A DNA stretch of 64,000 bases, taken from NCBI GenBank assembly GCA_026991535.1, contig JALXBH010000050.1, forward strand, positions 14,380 to 78,379, in the 5' to 3' direction. Positions 48,783 to 57,894 of the stretch are shown one piece after another. Position 1 is the stretch's first letter; each line of letters begins with the position of its first letter. Under the pieces are notes generated by a model. The model did no database searches. It saw nothing but the letters and a program-made list of their open reading frames with translations, and was not told where the DNA came from. A program made the translations under genes and the position numbers. The stretch is from Calditrichia bacterium. Its GTDB lineage: Bacteria; Calditrichota; Calditrichia; Calditrichales; J004.

Positions 48783-51700
48783 ATGAACGGAATGAAAATA
48801 AATTTTTACCGGCTTGTGGTTTTGGTGCTTGGCATGACCATGACCCTTTCCGCGCAATATACACCCGGTAAGGAGCGCGGCAACCCCGACTACAGGCGCA
48901 AGGCACAGCTTGAGGGCAATAATGTGCGTACCACGATTTTTAACTGGGGACAAACAGGACGCCAGGGCGCCGTGCCCATTTCGGTGGAAACACCCTATGA
49001 GTGGCCCAAAAATACCGGCAAGGTCTATCTGGCTCTGACCGGGCTTTTTGTCGGCGGTGAGGTGATTGATGAGGATGGCAATAAGCTGCGCATCGTCGAT
49101 GTAATGAATTACCGCGAAAATCCCACCACCCGCGATACCTGGAACATGGAGCCGGTGCCGGGCTATTTTAACACGGCCCGTCCTTCCAGCGAGCAGACCA
49201 TCGCCAATTCGGTCGATCCGGAATCGTGGCCGCCCTTTTGGCCGGATAAAGAGGGTGATGCAAATGACCCCGGTTGGGCCGGAAGCTGGAACGGCTATTT
49301 CGGCAAAAACATATTTAACGCCGATCAGGAAATTTACTACCGCGCCTCGGACGACCTTTACGACCGTTATAACTATTTTCCCGATACCACCGACCTGACC
49401 CGCAAGGGCATGGGCATCATTCTGGATGTACGCAACATGGCCTGGTCGCAAATTCTGGTCAGCGATGTGGTTTATCTGCTTCACACCTTTAAAAACGACG
49501 GCACCAAGGATATTGAAAAATTTGCCGTAACCATTTGGGATGCCGATTTCGTGGGTGGCGACGGCGATTCTCAGGATGATATTTCAGAGTTTGATCTGCT
49601 GGAAGATATCATCTGGAGCCGGGACAGCGACCATAAAGCGCCTACCTTCGGTAATGATCCCGTGGGTATCGTCGGTGTGTCCCTCTTGGAGACGCCGGGT
49701 ATTGCCATCGACCGTGTGGATAACGATGGTGACGGCGAGTTGAACAGTCCCATCGTCAGCGAGGAGATGCTGGTGGGCGAAGACCCCACCAACCTTTTGG
49801 ATGATAATGGCAACGGTCTGATCGATGAGAATGAAACCCATGTGCCCTTTGGCGATCAAAAAGGGGTGGGTTATGCCGACCGCATAGACAACGACGGTAA
49901 CGCCGAGGCCAACAGTCCGCTGGTCACCCAGGCCATGGCCGATCTGGTGGCTTCCGATACCTGGAAACGATGGCCGCCCAATCCCGAAGCCGATGACCTG
50001 CAAAACGGCGCGGTTCATCTGCTGATGGTGGAGTCCGACGATGTGGGCGCGGCCTTTGCTGATTTTATTGACAATGATGATAACGGCGAGGCCGGCAGTC
50101 CCGTCATCACACAGAAGATGATCGATCAGGCCTCCGGTGACAGCCCTTATTTTCGCTATAAGGTTCCGGGTACCGATATTATTCTATACGATGTAAAGGC
50201 CGAAGACCTGGGCAAGGCCTATGCCGACGGCGTGGATAACGACGGCAACGGTGCCGTTGACGAAGGCATCGACGAAGGTATTGACGAGATGATTGAGGAA
50301 AGGCGCAACGATTTCGTCGATAATGACGGCGACTGGAATCCGTTGCTCGACGATGTGGGGCTGGACGGCGTGCCCGATACGGGTGATGAAGGTGAAAATG
50401 ACGGCGTGCCCACCTCGGGTGCCGGCACCAACTTTCCCGGAGAGCCCAACATTGACGTAACCGATGTTTCCGAAACCGATCAGATCGGCATTACCAATGC
50501 CCAGCGGCTCAGCGCCGGAGCGCTGGATTTAAGCAGCGACGCCGTGCTCTGGTTCAATTATATGATTCCCGGAAAATTCTACGATCCGCAAAGCGTCGTT
50601 TCCGGTGAATTCGACGTGCTGGTCAGCGCCGCCTACTTCCCCTTAAAGGCCGGTCAGTCCGAGCCGATCTCCATGGCCGTTATACTGGCCAACGGACCGG
50701 TTCCCGATCCCAACGGCGAAATACGCAAGCAGGCCGTACTGAAAAAACGGGTGCGCGCCCAGGAAACGTATAATAACGACTATCAGTTTGCCAATGCCCC
50801 TGCCACGCCCACCCTTACGGCCGTGCCCGGCGATAACAAGGTTACCCTTTATTGGGATGATGCCGCCGAAAAGAGTTTTGATCAATATATCGCCAATATC
50901 GGCGGTAACGGCAACGACTTTGAAGGCTATCGCATCTACCGCAGTACCGACCCCGCCCTGCAGGATGTTACCAATATTACCAACGGCTATGGTGAGTTGA
51001 TCTTCAGATCCCCGCTGGTTCAGTTCGATCTGATAGACAATTATTATGGTTTTGACTCGGTGGGTATCGACGGTGTGCATTTTAACCTGGGCAGTAATAC
51101 CGGTATTAAACATACTTTTGTGGATGAAAGTGCCAAAAACGGTTTTACCTACTATTATGTGCTTACTTCCTACGACTTCGGCTATCCCGAGGGCAATATT
51201 CTGCCGACCGAATCACCCTTCCGCATCAATGTGCGCGGCGACGGCACCATACAGCTTAGCAAAAACGTGGCCCGGGTTTCGCCCGCGCCGCCCGCGGCCG
51301 GCTATGTGGAAGCCACCCTGGGTAATGTCCGGCATGCGGCGGGTACCTCATCCGGTAAGATTGGGTATGATATCATAGACCCCAACAAGGTGCGCGACGG
51401 TCATGTCTATCATATAACTTTTCGTGACACGTTACGACCGGGGATCGGCGCCGAGTCCGATACGCTGACCACCCTTTCCTACACCCTGGTGGATTCCACC
51501 TCGGGCGACACGCTGGTGGCCGACAACCGCAATCTGGCGGCCGGCACCGAACAGCCGCTGACCGACGGTTTCCGCCTTATTTTTCAAAACGAGGAACAGG
51601 TGGAGCTGAACACGGCTCTTTCGGGCTGGAGCAGTCCCGATATCCCCGATTTTGAATTTGCCAAGCTCACCCAGCCCAACGGGAATAACGGCCGCCAGGC

Positions 51701-52463
51701 TCCCTTTGATTATGAAATCATCTTTGGTGATCGCGGCTTTGGCCAGTCCACGGAGATCCAGTTTGAGGGCGAAACCTGGCCCGCGCGGGATGTGAATTTT
51801 AAAGTGTATAATAAAAGCACCGGTAAATTTATCAACTTCGGCTTTGTGGATGTGGATACAAAAAACGGCCGCGACGGTATCTTTTCGGCTTCGGTGGATA
51901 CCCTGTTTGGCGTCGTTTTTATAAAGCGCAACGATCTGATCGCCTTTCTTGAGGAAAATCAAAACGGCGATGAAGAGTTTACCTGGCAGTTTAAGCTAAA
52001 GGACGCTCCGGTGGATTCCCTGGGCCAGCGTATCCCCGCCGCGGGTGATACGGCCAAACTGTTACTTAAAAAACCCTTCCTGTCGGGCGACCTTTACCGC
52101 TTTGCCGCCCGGGGCGCCTATGTGGACAGGGATACGGCAAAAGCCGGATTGAGCGACATCAAGGTGGTGCCCAACCCCTATCGGGGCTATGCCGCCTTTG
52201 AGGGCAGAAATATTTACACGCAGGGCCGGGCGCCCCGTATGTTGCAGTTCACGCATCTGCCCGCGCGTTGCACCATTCGTATTTATACCATAAACGGCGA
52301 ACTGGTAAAGGTGATCGAGCATGAATCGGATATCGCCAACGGCACGGCGCGCTGGGATATGCTGACCAAGGATAAACTGGCCATCAGTTACGGTGTCTAT
52401 ATCTATCATATACAAGCCGACGGTATCGGTGAAAAAGTCGGTAAATTTGCGGTTATAAAATAG
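48783..52463 (+). CDS. Very large secreted protein with DxDxDG Ca-binding-loop repeats, an FN3-like module and a variant beta-sandwich C-terminal domain
   Basis: ATG at 48783 preceded by GGAG. The track ORF starts at TTG 48780. Signal peptide ...TLSA-QY. Repeated (A)DxIDNDGNGE..SP motifs at aa 305-560. FN3-like PGDNKVTLYWDD...GYRIYRS...YYYVLTSYD. C-terminus VVPNPY...IRIYTINGELV...GVYIYHI...FAVIK. Confidence 0.6.
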   Translation: MNGMKINFYRLVVLVLGMTMTLSAQYTPGKERGNPDYRRKAQLEGNNVRTTIFNWGQTGRQGAVPISVETPYEWPKNTGKVYLALTGLFVGGEVIDEDGNKLRIVDVMNYRENPTTRDTWNMEPVPGYFNTARPSSEQTIANSVDPESWPPFWPDKEGDANDPGWAGSWNGYFGKNIFNADQEIYYRASDDLYDRYNYFPDTTDLTRKGMGIILDVRNMAWSQILVSDVVYLLHTFKNDGTKDIEKFAVTIWDADFVGGDGDSQDDISEFDLLEDIIWSRDSDHKAPTFGNDPVGIVGVSLLETPGIAIDRVDNDGDGELNSPIVSEEMLVGEDPTNLLDDNGNGLIDENETHVPFGDQKGVGYADRIDNDGNAEANSPLVTQAMADLVASDTWKRWPPNPEADDLQNGAVHLLMVESDDVGAAFADFIDNDDNGEAGSPVITQKMIDQASGDSPYFRYKVPGTDIILYDVKAEDLGKAYADGVDNDGNGAVDEGIDEGIDEMIEERRNDFVDNDGDWNPLLDDVGLDGVPDTGDEGENDGVPTSGAGTNFPGEPNIDVTDVSETDQIGITNAQRLSAGALDLSSDAVLWFNYMIPGKFYDPQSVVSGEFDVLVSAAYFPLKAGQSEPISMAVILANGPVPDPNGEIRKQAVLKKRVRAQETYNNDYQFANAPATPTLTAVPGDNKVTLYWDDAAEKSFDQYIANIGGNGNDFEGYRIYRSTDPALQDVTNITNGYGELIFRSPLVQFDLIDNYYGFDSVGIDGVHFNLGSNTGIKHTFVDESAKNGFTYYYVLTSYDFGYPEGNILPTESPFRINVRGDGTIQLSKNVARVSPAPPAAGYVEATLGNVRHAAGTSSGKIGYDIIDPNKVRDGHVYHITFRDTLRPGIGAESDTLTTLSYTLVDSTSGDTLVADNRNLAAGTEQPLTDGFRLIFQNEEQVELNTALSGWSSPDIPDFEFAKLTQPNGNNGRQAPFDYEIIFGDRGFGQSTEIQFEGETWPARDVNFKVYNKSTGKFINFGFVDVDTKNGRDGIFSASVDTLFGVVFIKRNDLIAFLEENQNGDEEFTWQFKLKDAPVDSLGQRIPAAGDTAKLLLKKPFLSGDLYRFAARGAYVDRDTAKAGLSDIKVVPNPYRGYAAFEGRNIYTQGRAPRMLQFTHLPARCTIRIYTINGELVKVIEHESDIANGTARWDMLTKDKLAISYGVYIYHIQADGIGEKVGKFAVIK

Positions 52464-52481
52464 CCCGCGGGAGAATATGCA

Positions 52482-53495
52482 ATGAAAACAAAAACACTTA
52501 TTTTGATTATACTGATGTTTGCCGCGACACTATGGGCGGATGTTTCCAAAACGGGTACCACGGCCGGCAAATTTTTAAATATCGGCATGGGGCCGCGTAC
52601 GGTGGCCATGGGCGGGGCCTACTCCTTCTCCACGGATGATCCGGGGGCGGTATACTGGAATCCGGCCGGTATCGGGCGCATCAGCAGACCCATGGGGCTT
52701 TTCAGCCAAACCAGCTGGATTGCCGATGTGAATCTGAATTTTATCACTATGGCCATGCCCACGGGGGACGCCGGTGTTTTCAGCGCCTCGGTAACGGCGG
52801 TTACCATGCCCGATATGCTGGAGACAACCGAGTTTCAGCCGGAAGGCACCGGCAATACCTTTGCCGCGGGCATGTATGCCATCGGCCTGACCTATGCCCG
52901 GCCCTTGACGGAAAATTTTGTAATTGGCGCTACTTTGAAATATGTTAGGGAAAATATTGCCGCCTCGTCGGCGCAGGGAATTGCCCTGGATATCGGTACG
53001 GTATTTACCACCCCTTTCAGCGGTATCCGTTTCTCCACGTCGATTACCAATTTTGGCACCAAGATGCGTATCAACGGCGATGATCTGCTGTTTCAAAACA
53101 CGCCCAATCCCGAGCAATCGGGCACGGTGAACCGGTTGAATTCCAATTACGAAACCGACGCCTTTGACCTGCCCCTGCGTTTGCAACTGGGACTCTCCCG
53201 CGATTTTGAAATCAGCGAGGGCCAAAACCTTGTTTTGGCCATGGATGCCGGCTTGCCCAGCGATAACACGCAATACATGAATCTCGGGGCGGAGTGGTCG
53301 TTTTTGAATAAAATGGTTTTTCTGCGCGGCGGTTTTAAAACGCTGTTTATGCGTGACCGCGAGGAGGGACTGACCCTGGGCGCCGCCGTGCGTTACAACA
53401 GCGTGGGCTATATGTCCTTTGCCATAGACTATGCTTTTCAAAGCTTTAAGTTTTTGGGCGATGTTCACACATTTGGCATAAAAGTCGGATTTTAA
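52482..53495 (+). CDS. PorV/PorQ-family outer-membrane beta-barrel protein
   Basis: Signal peptide. N-terminal GTTAGKFLNIGMGPRTVAMGGAYSFSTDDPGAVYWNPAGIG is typical of the PorV/PorQ family. C-terminus ends in F. Confidence 0.65.
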   Translation: MKTKTLILIILMFAATLWADVSKTGTTAGKFLNIGMGPRTVAMGGAYSFSTDDPGAVYWNPAGIGRISRPMGLFSQTSWIADVNLNFITMAMPTGDAGVFSASVTAVTMPDMLETTEFQPEGTGNTFAAGMYAIGLTYARPLTENFVIGATLKYVRENIAASSAQGIALDIGTVFTTPFSGIRFSTSITNFGTKMRINGDDLLFQNTPNPEQSGTVNRLNSNYETDAFDLPLRLQLGLSRDFEISEGQNLVLAMDAGLPSDNTQYMNLGAEWSFLNKMVFLRGGFKTLFMRDREEGLTLGAAVRYNSVGYMSFAIDYAFQSFKFLGDVHTFGIKVGF

Positions 53496-53570
53496 AAAAG
53501 GAGGTGCTTAATCTTAGCAAACGTATATAAAAACTTTACATGTTCCACTAACCAAACAGGAGGTTTCTCA

Positions 53571-55778
53571 ATGAGAAAACTTTCGATACTTTTCACCCTT
53601 GGCCTGTTTCTGCTCGGTTTTACCGGCCTGCAGGCTGCTGAAGTGAATGTCACTTTTCAGGTAGACATGAACGTTCAGATGCTTAAGGGCAATTTTGACC
53701 CCGGCACTCAGGTGGTGCGCCTGGCCGGTTCCATGCAGGACTGGAGCCCTTCACTGGCGCCCGACATGGAAGACCCGGACGGCGATGGTATTTTTGAAGT
53801 CACTTATACCATGTCCAGCGGGGATCACCAGTATAAATATGTAATCGGTACGGATTGGGGCAACAATGAAGGCGACCCGAACCGTTCCATCACCATTGGG
53901 GATAAGGATACCACCATCGCTCCCGTATTTTATAACGATGAAGCGGCGTTGACCTTTCCCGCATCTTCGGACAGCACGGTTATCCTGCATCTGGCTGTCA
54001 ACATGACCCGTCAGATTCAGATTGCCAATTTTGATCCCGAGACGGATGTTGTTCGTGCTGCCGGTTCTTTTCAGGACTGGAGTCCCGCAAACGCGCCCGA
54101 TATGTCCGATCCCGACGGTAACGCTACTTATGTGGTGACCTATGAAGTAAAACCGAACCAGACCTATGCCTATAAGTTTGTCATCGGTACGGATTGGGGC
54201 AACAACGAGTCTGACCCCAACCGTGAGTTTACCGTGGGTGCCAATGATACGGCTGCCGCACCTGTATATTTCGACGATGATCCGTATGTAGAGCCTGTGG
54301 CGGGTGACTCCATAATGGTAACCCTGCAGGTGGATATGAGCGTGAAGATACTGGAAGGCTTCTTTGATCCTTCTTCCGATGTGGTACGCGCTGCCGGTAG
54401 TTATCAGGGTTGGAGCCCGTCTGCCGCGCCCAATATGGAAGACGGCGACGGTGACAGCGTTTATGTAGGCACTTACAAGATGCCGGCCAACAGCAGGCAG
54501 GAATACAAATTCATCATCGGTACGGACTGGGGCAACAACGAGGATAATAACCGCGCCATTGAACTCGGTGCCAATGATACCACCATCGCTCCGGTATTTT
54601 ATAATGACGATGATGTGGTTACGGACATCAAAGACGGCAGCATCAACTTTAACGTGCGCATGGATGTTATGGCCGAGGTGCTGATTTTTGATCCGGCCAA
54701 GGACTCCCTGCAGGTGCGCGGCGGTTTTAACGGCTGGGGCGATAGCGATCCCACGCGTTCCAAAATGTCCAGCAAAACCACGGACCCGTTGGAGTGGTTC
54801 CTGAATGTGCCTTTTGTACAGCAGGGCGTGGGCGATAACCAGTCCTATAAGTACTATGTTGTTAAAGCGGATGAAAGTACAACCTGGGTCGATGGCTGGG
54901 AACGTCCCGCTTCTCAGGGCGGCGGTAACCGCGATGTTGAATTTGCCGGTGTGGAAAATCAGGACGCCAGCGAAGAGACCACCTATTATGACGACGTTCA
55001 TCCCGATTGGGTAATCGAGAGCGGCAAGGATGTTTCCGTGGTCTTCTCCGTGGACATGGCCCCGGCCATGGACGGTGATCTGCAGGCCGTACCCTTTGAT
55101 CCCGCCACCGATACCCTGTACTGGATCGGTGAAATGCCTTCCTTTGTCAATACGCAGGGATGGGAAGATGTTGATGAAATGCGCGTTCTCAAACTTACCG
55201 ACGACGACGGCGATAATATTTTCTCAGCCACTCTGTCGCTGGTAACGCCGACCTTCAACACCTTTGAGTATCGTTACGCCTGGCGCAGTCAGGATGGCAG
55301 TTGGACCTTCGAGCCGGCCGGTTTTGGCGATTTTGCCTATCGTATCCGCTACATCGGCCAGGATGGCGCCCGCAGCTTCCCCACGCTGCCCTGGGATATG
55401 CCGACCGATACCTGGACCAACCAGGAAGATAAGTCCGACCAGCAGGAATTCGATCCGTTTAAGTCGTTGACCTCCATCGGTCATACCCCGGATGTTCCGA
55501 CCGTTTATCAATTGGATCAGAACTATCCGAACCCCTTCAACCCCTCAACCACCATCAGGTTTACCGTACCGGTTGCCGGTAAGGTAACACTGACGGTTTA
55601 CAATGTTGCGGGCCAGAAGATTGCTACGCTGATTAACGGCAATGTGACCGCCGGTTCCCATACACGTGTATGGAACGGCAAGGACAACGCCGGAAATCAG
55701 GTTGCTTCCGGTGTCTACTTTTACAAGTTGACCGCTGAGAAATTCTCGGCAACCGAGAAAATGATCCTGATGAAGTAA
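53571..55778 (+). CDS. Non-catalytic surface protein with five CBM20-like starch-binding modules and a T9SS C-terminal domain
   Basis: AGGAGG Shine-Dalgarno and a signal peptide. The modules contain G(S)xQDWSP...YKFVIGTDWGNNESDPNREFTV, which resembles the CBM20 core (fungal glucoamylase SBD ...EYKFI...WESDPNREYTV). NYPNPFNP...GVYFYKL...LMK tail. Confidence 0.7.
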   Translation: MRKLSILFTLGLFLLGFTGLQAAEVNVTFQVDMNVQMLKGNFDPGTQVVRLAGSMQDWSPSLAPDMEDPDGDGIFEVTYTMSSGDHQYKYVIGTDWGNNEGDPNRSITIGDKDTTIAPVFYNDEAALTFPASSDSTVILHLAVNMTRQIQIANFDPETDVVRAAGSFQDWSPANAPDMSDPDGNATYVVTYEVKPNQTYAYKFVIGTDWGNNESDPNREFTVGANDTAAAPVYFDDDPYVEPVAGDSIMVTLQVDMSVKILEGFFDPSSDVVRAAGSYQGWSPSAAPNMEDGDGDSVYVGTYKMPANSRQEYKFIIGTDWGNNEDNNRAIELGANDTTIAPVFYNDDDVVTDIKDGSINFNVRMDVMAEVLIFDPAKDSLQVRGGFNGWGDSDPTRSKMSSKTTDPLEWFLNVPFVQQGVGDNQSYKYYVVKADESTTWVDGWERPASQGGGNRDVEFAGVENQDASEETTYYDDVHPDWVIESGKDVSVVFSVDMAPAMDGDLQAVPFDPATDTLYWIGEMPSFVNTQGWEDVDEMRVLKLTDDDGDNIFSATLSLVTPTFNTFEYRYAWRSQDGSWTFEPAGFGDFAYRIRYIGQDGARSFPTLPWDMPTDTWTNQEDKSDQQEFDPFKSLTSIGHTPDVPTVYQLDQNYPNPFNPSTTIRFTVPVAGKVTLTVYNVAGQKIATLINGNVTAGSHTRVWNGKDNAGNQVASGVYFYKLTAEKFSATEKMILMK
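53640..54611 (+). repeat. Three tandem, highly similar ~111-112-codon modules inside the CBM gene (two more divergent copies follow, to about 55370)
   Basis: The DNA string atcggtacgga(t/c)tggggcaacaa recurs at 53844, 54183 and 54516, a period of 333-339 nt. The protein modules align over about 100 aa. Confidence 0.75.
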
Positions 55779-55791
55779 GCTAAACATTCAG

Positions 55792-55820
55792 GCCGGCCGC
55801 TCCGGCGGCCGGCTTTTTTT
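55792..55820 (+). terminator. Rho-independent terminator ending the GH13-to-CBM operon
   Basis: Stem GCCGGCCGC/GCGGCCGGC with a 4-nt loop, followed by TTTTTTT. Confidence 0.8.
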
Positions 55821-55908
55821 ATTACCAATGGTATTTTTCCCTTTGCTTTGGCGAAAGCAAAAAGAAAAATATCCTGCCTTACAATCATTTACTTATAACG
55901 GGGAAAGC

Positions 55909-57723
55909 ATGAGTATACTCGATTATTCTATTGTTGTCGTCTATCTGATAGGCATGGTTGGCATCGGTCTCTATTTTCAGCGCAAGGCCTCCAAGGGCAT
56001 CAGTTCCTACTTTTTGGGCGAGCGCGATATGCCGTGGTGGGCGTTGGGCGCATCGGGCATGTCCTCAAACCTGGATGTCAGCGGTACCATGATCAATACG
56101 GCTTTTATTTTTGCCCTGGGCGCCTCGGGTTTTTTTATAGAAATCCGCGGCGGCGTTACGCTTATCATGGCTTTTTTGATGATCTTTCAGGGTAAATGGA
56201 ACCGCCGGGCCCTGGTGATGACCCTGGCCGAATGGATGCATTTTCGCTTTGGCAAAGGCCGTCAGGGCGATGTGGCCCGTTTGATTGCCGCTTTCTCCAT
56301 TATAATAGTCACTATCGCCATGATCACCTATTTTGCCATCGGCTCCGGAAAGTTTGTGGGTGAGTTTTTGGGTATACCCGACTACCTGGGGTTGCCATCA
56401 CAGTTTTGGGCGGCCACGCTTATGATCGGCCTGGCCATGATATACACCGTGGCCAGCGGTTTATACGGCGTGGTCTGGACGGATGTTTTTCAGGGTATCC
56501 TTATTTTTGGAACCATTATTTTTATTTGCAGTCTGGCCTTTTTCAGTTTTAACCTGCCGGAAACCTTTCAGGTATCCGTACCCCTGCGCGATGGCGGTTT
56601 TATGGCGCTAAACACTACCCGCGAGGCCTGGACCAGTGTCTGGCCCAGTTGGGAACTGAACCTGCCCGCGGAATCGGCCTATTCTATTTATAATTTATTT
56701 GGCATCGCCATTCTCTTTTATCTGGTCAAGGTAACCATCGAGGGCGCCGGGGGGACGTCGCAATATATGATCCAGCGCTTTTTTGCCTCTCGCAGCGACC
56801 GCGAGTCGGGTTTACTCTCCCTGTTCTGGACGGTGTTGCTTGCTTTTCGCTGGCCCTTTATCGCTGCCATTGCCATTCTGGGTATCGTTTTTGGTACGCA
56901 AAGTGGGGTTATTGAGGACCCGGAAGCGGTTCTACCCATCGTTATCAACCAGATGGTGCCTATCGGTATTAAGGGCATACTGGTGGCTGGTCTGATGGCC
57001 GCGGCCATGTCCACCTTCGACTCCACGGTAAATGCCGGAGCCGCTTATTGGGTTAAGGATATTTACCAAACCTATATCAATCCCAAGGCCAGTGAAAAAA
57101 CGCTGATGGCCCACGGACGCTGGTCGTCAATCATCCTGGTGGTACTGGGTCTCGGTTTTATGTTGTTGATTAATAATATAAATGAAATATGGGGCTGGAT
57201 AACCTCCAGCCTGGGCGCGGGATTACTGGTGCCGACCATGGCCCGCTGGTATTGGTGGCGCATGAACGGTTACGGTTTTGCCGCCGGTACCGTGGCCGGA
57301 ATGGTGGCCGCCGTTTTACAGCGGCTGTTTTTGCCCGATATTCCGGAATACTTTTCATTTATGATCGCTACTTCCGCTTCGCTTGTCGGAATGATCATCG
57401 GTACCTATCTGGCGCCGGCCACGGATGAAAAGGTGTTGCTGGAATTTTATAAACGCACCCGCCCCTTTGGTTTTTGGGGGCCGATCCGTAAGAAAATCAA
57501 GGGCGAAGTGATGGAAAAAATCAACAGGGAAAACCGGCGGGATATTATTGCCACCTTTTTTGCCGTGCCCTGGCAGGTGGTCTTGTTCCTGACGGGAATG
57601 GCGGTTATCATGAAGCGCTGGGATGAGTTTGCCTGGCTGGGTGTGATCCTGCTGGCCCTCTCCACGGGCTTGTATTTCTTCTGGTTCCGGCATCTTTCCA
57701 CGGAAGTTAAAGTGACGGATTAG
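55909..57723 (+). CDS. Sodium:solute symporter family (SSF) transporter
   Basis: Start reset to MSILDYSIVVVYLIGMVGIGLYF, a typical SSF N-terminus. About 13-14 TM segments. Confidence 0.85.
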   Translation: MSILDYSIVVVYLIGMVGIGLYFQRKASKGISSYFLGERDMPWWALGASGMSSNLDVSGTMINTAFIFALGASGFFIEIRGGVTLIMAFLMIFQGKWNRRALVMTLAEWMHFRFGKGRQGDVARLIAAFSIIIVTIAMITYFAIGSGKFVGEFLGIPDYLGLPSQFWAATLMIGLAMIYTVASGLYGVVWTDVFQGILIFGTIIFICSLAFFSFNLPETFQVSVPLRDGGFMALNTTREAWTSVWPSWELNLPAESAYSIYNLFGIAILFYLVKVTIEGAGGTSQYMIQRFFASRSDRESGLLSLFWTVLLAFRWPFIAAIAILGIVFGTQSGVIEDPEAVLPIVINQMVPIGIKGILVAGLMAAAMSTFDSTVNAGAAYWVKDIYQTYINPKASEKTLMAHGRWSSIILVVLGLGFMLLINNINEIWGWITSSLGAGLLVPTMARWYWWRMNGYGFAAGTVAGMVAAVLQRLFLPDIPEYFSFMIATSASLVGMIIGTYLAPATDEKVLLEFYKRTRPFGFWGPIRKKIKGEVMEKINRENRRDIIATFFAVPWQVVLFLTGMAVIMKRWDEFAWLGVILLALSTGLYFFWFRHLSTEVKVTD

Positions 57724-57894
57724 ATTGTTGATAACCGTGGAGTTTTCCACATAATAAACTGCCGGGGGTATGGCGAAATTTCACCATACCTGCGGTGTCT
57801 CTTGTAGGGAAAAGCGCTGTAAGTATTTTAATATCAGTAGTTTATCGTGTTTATTTCAATGGGTAAACGGCAAATAGGTGTACGATCGTATTTC

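Noticed and set aside
48783-52463. The 1227-aa protein as the T9SS sortase PorU (often encoded next to porV)
   Set aside because: PorU is a C25 cysteine peptidase. This protein has a single Cys, located in the C-terminal beta-sandwich tail, and no gingipain-like His/Cys dyad context.
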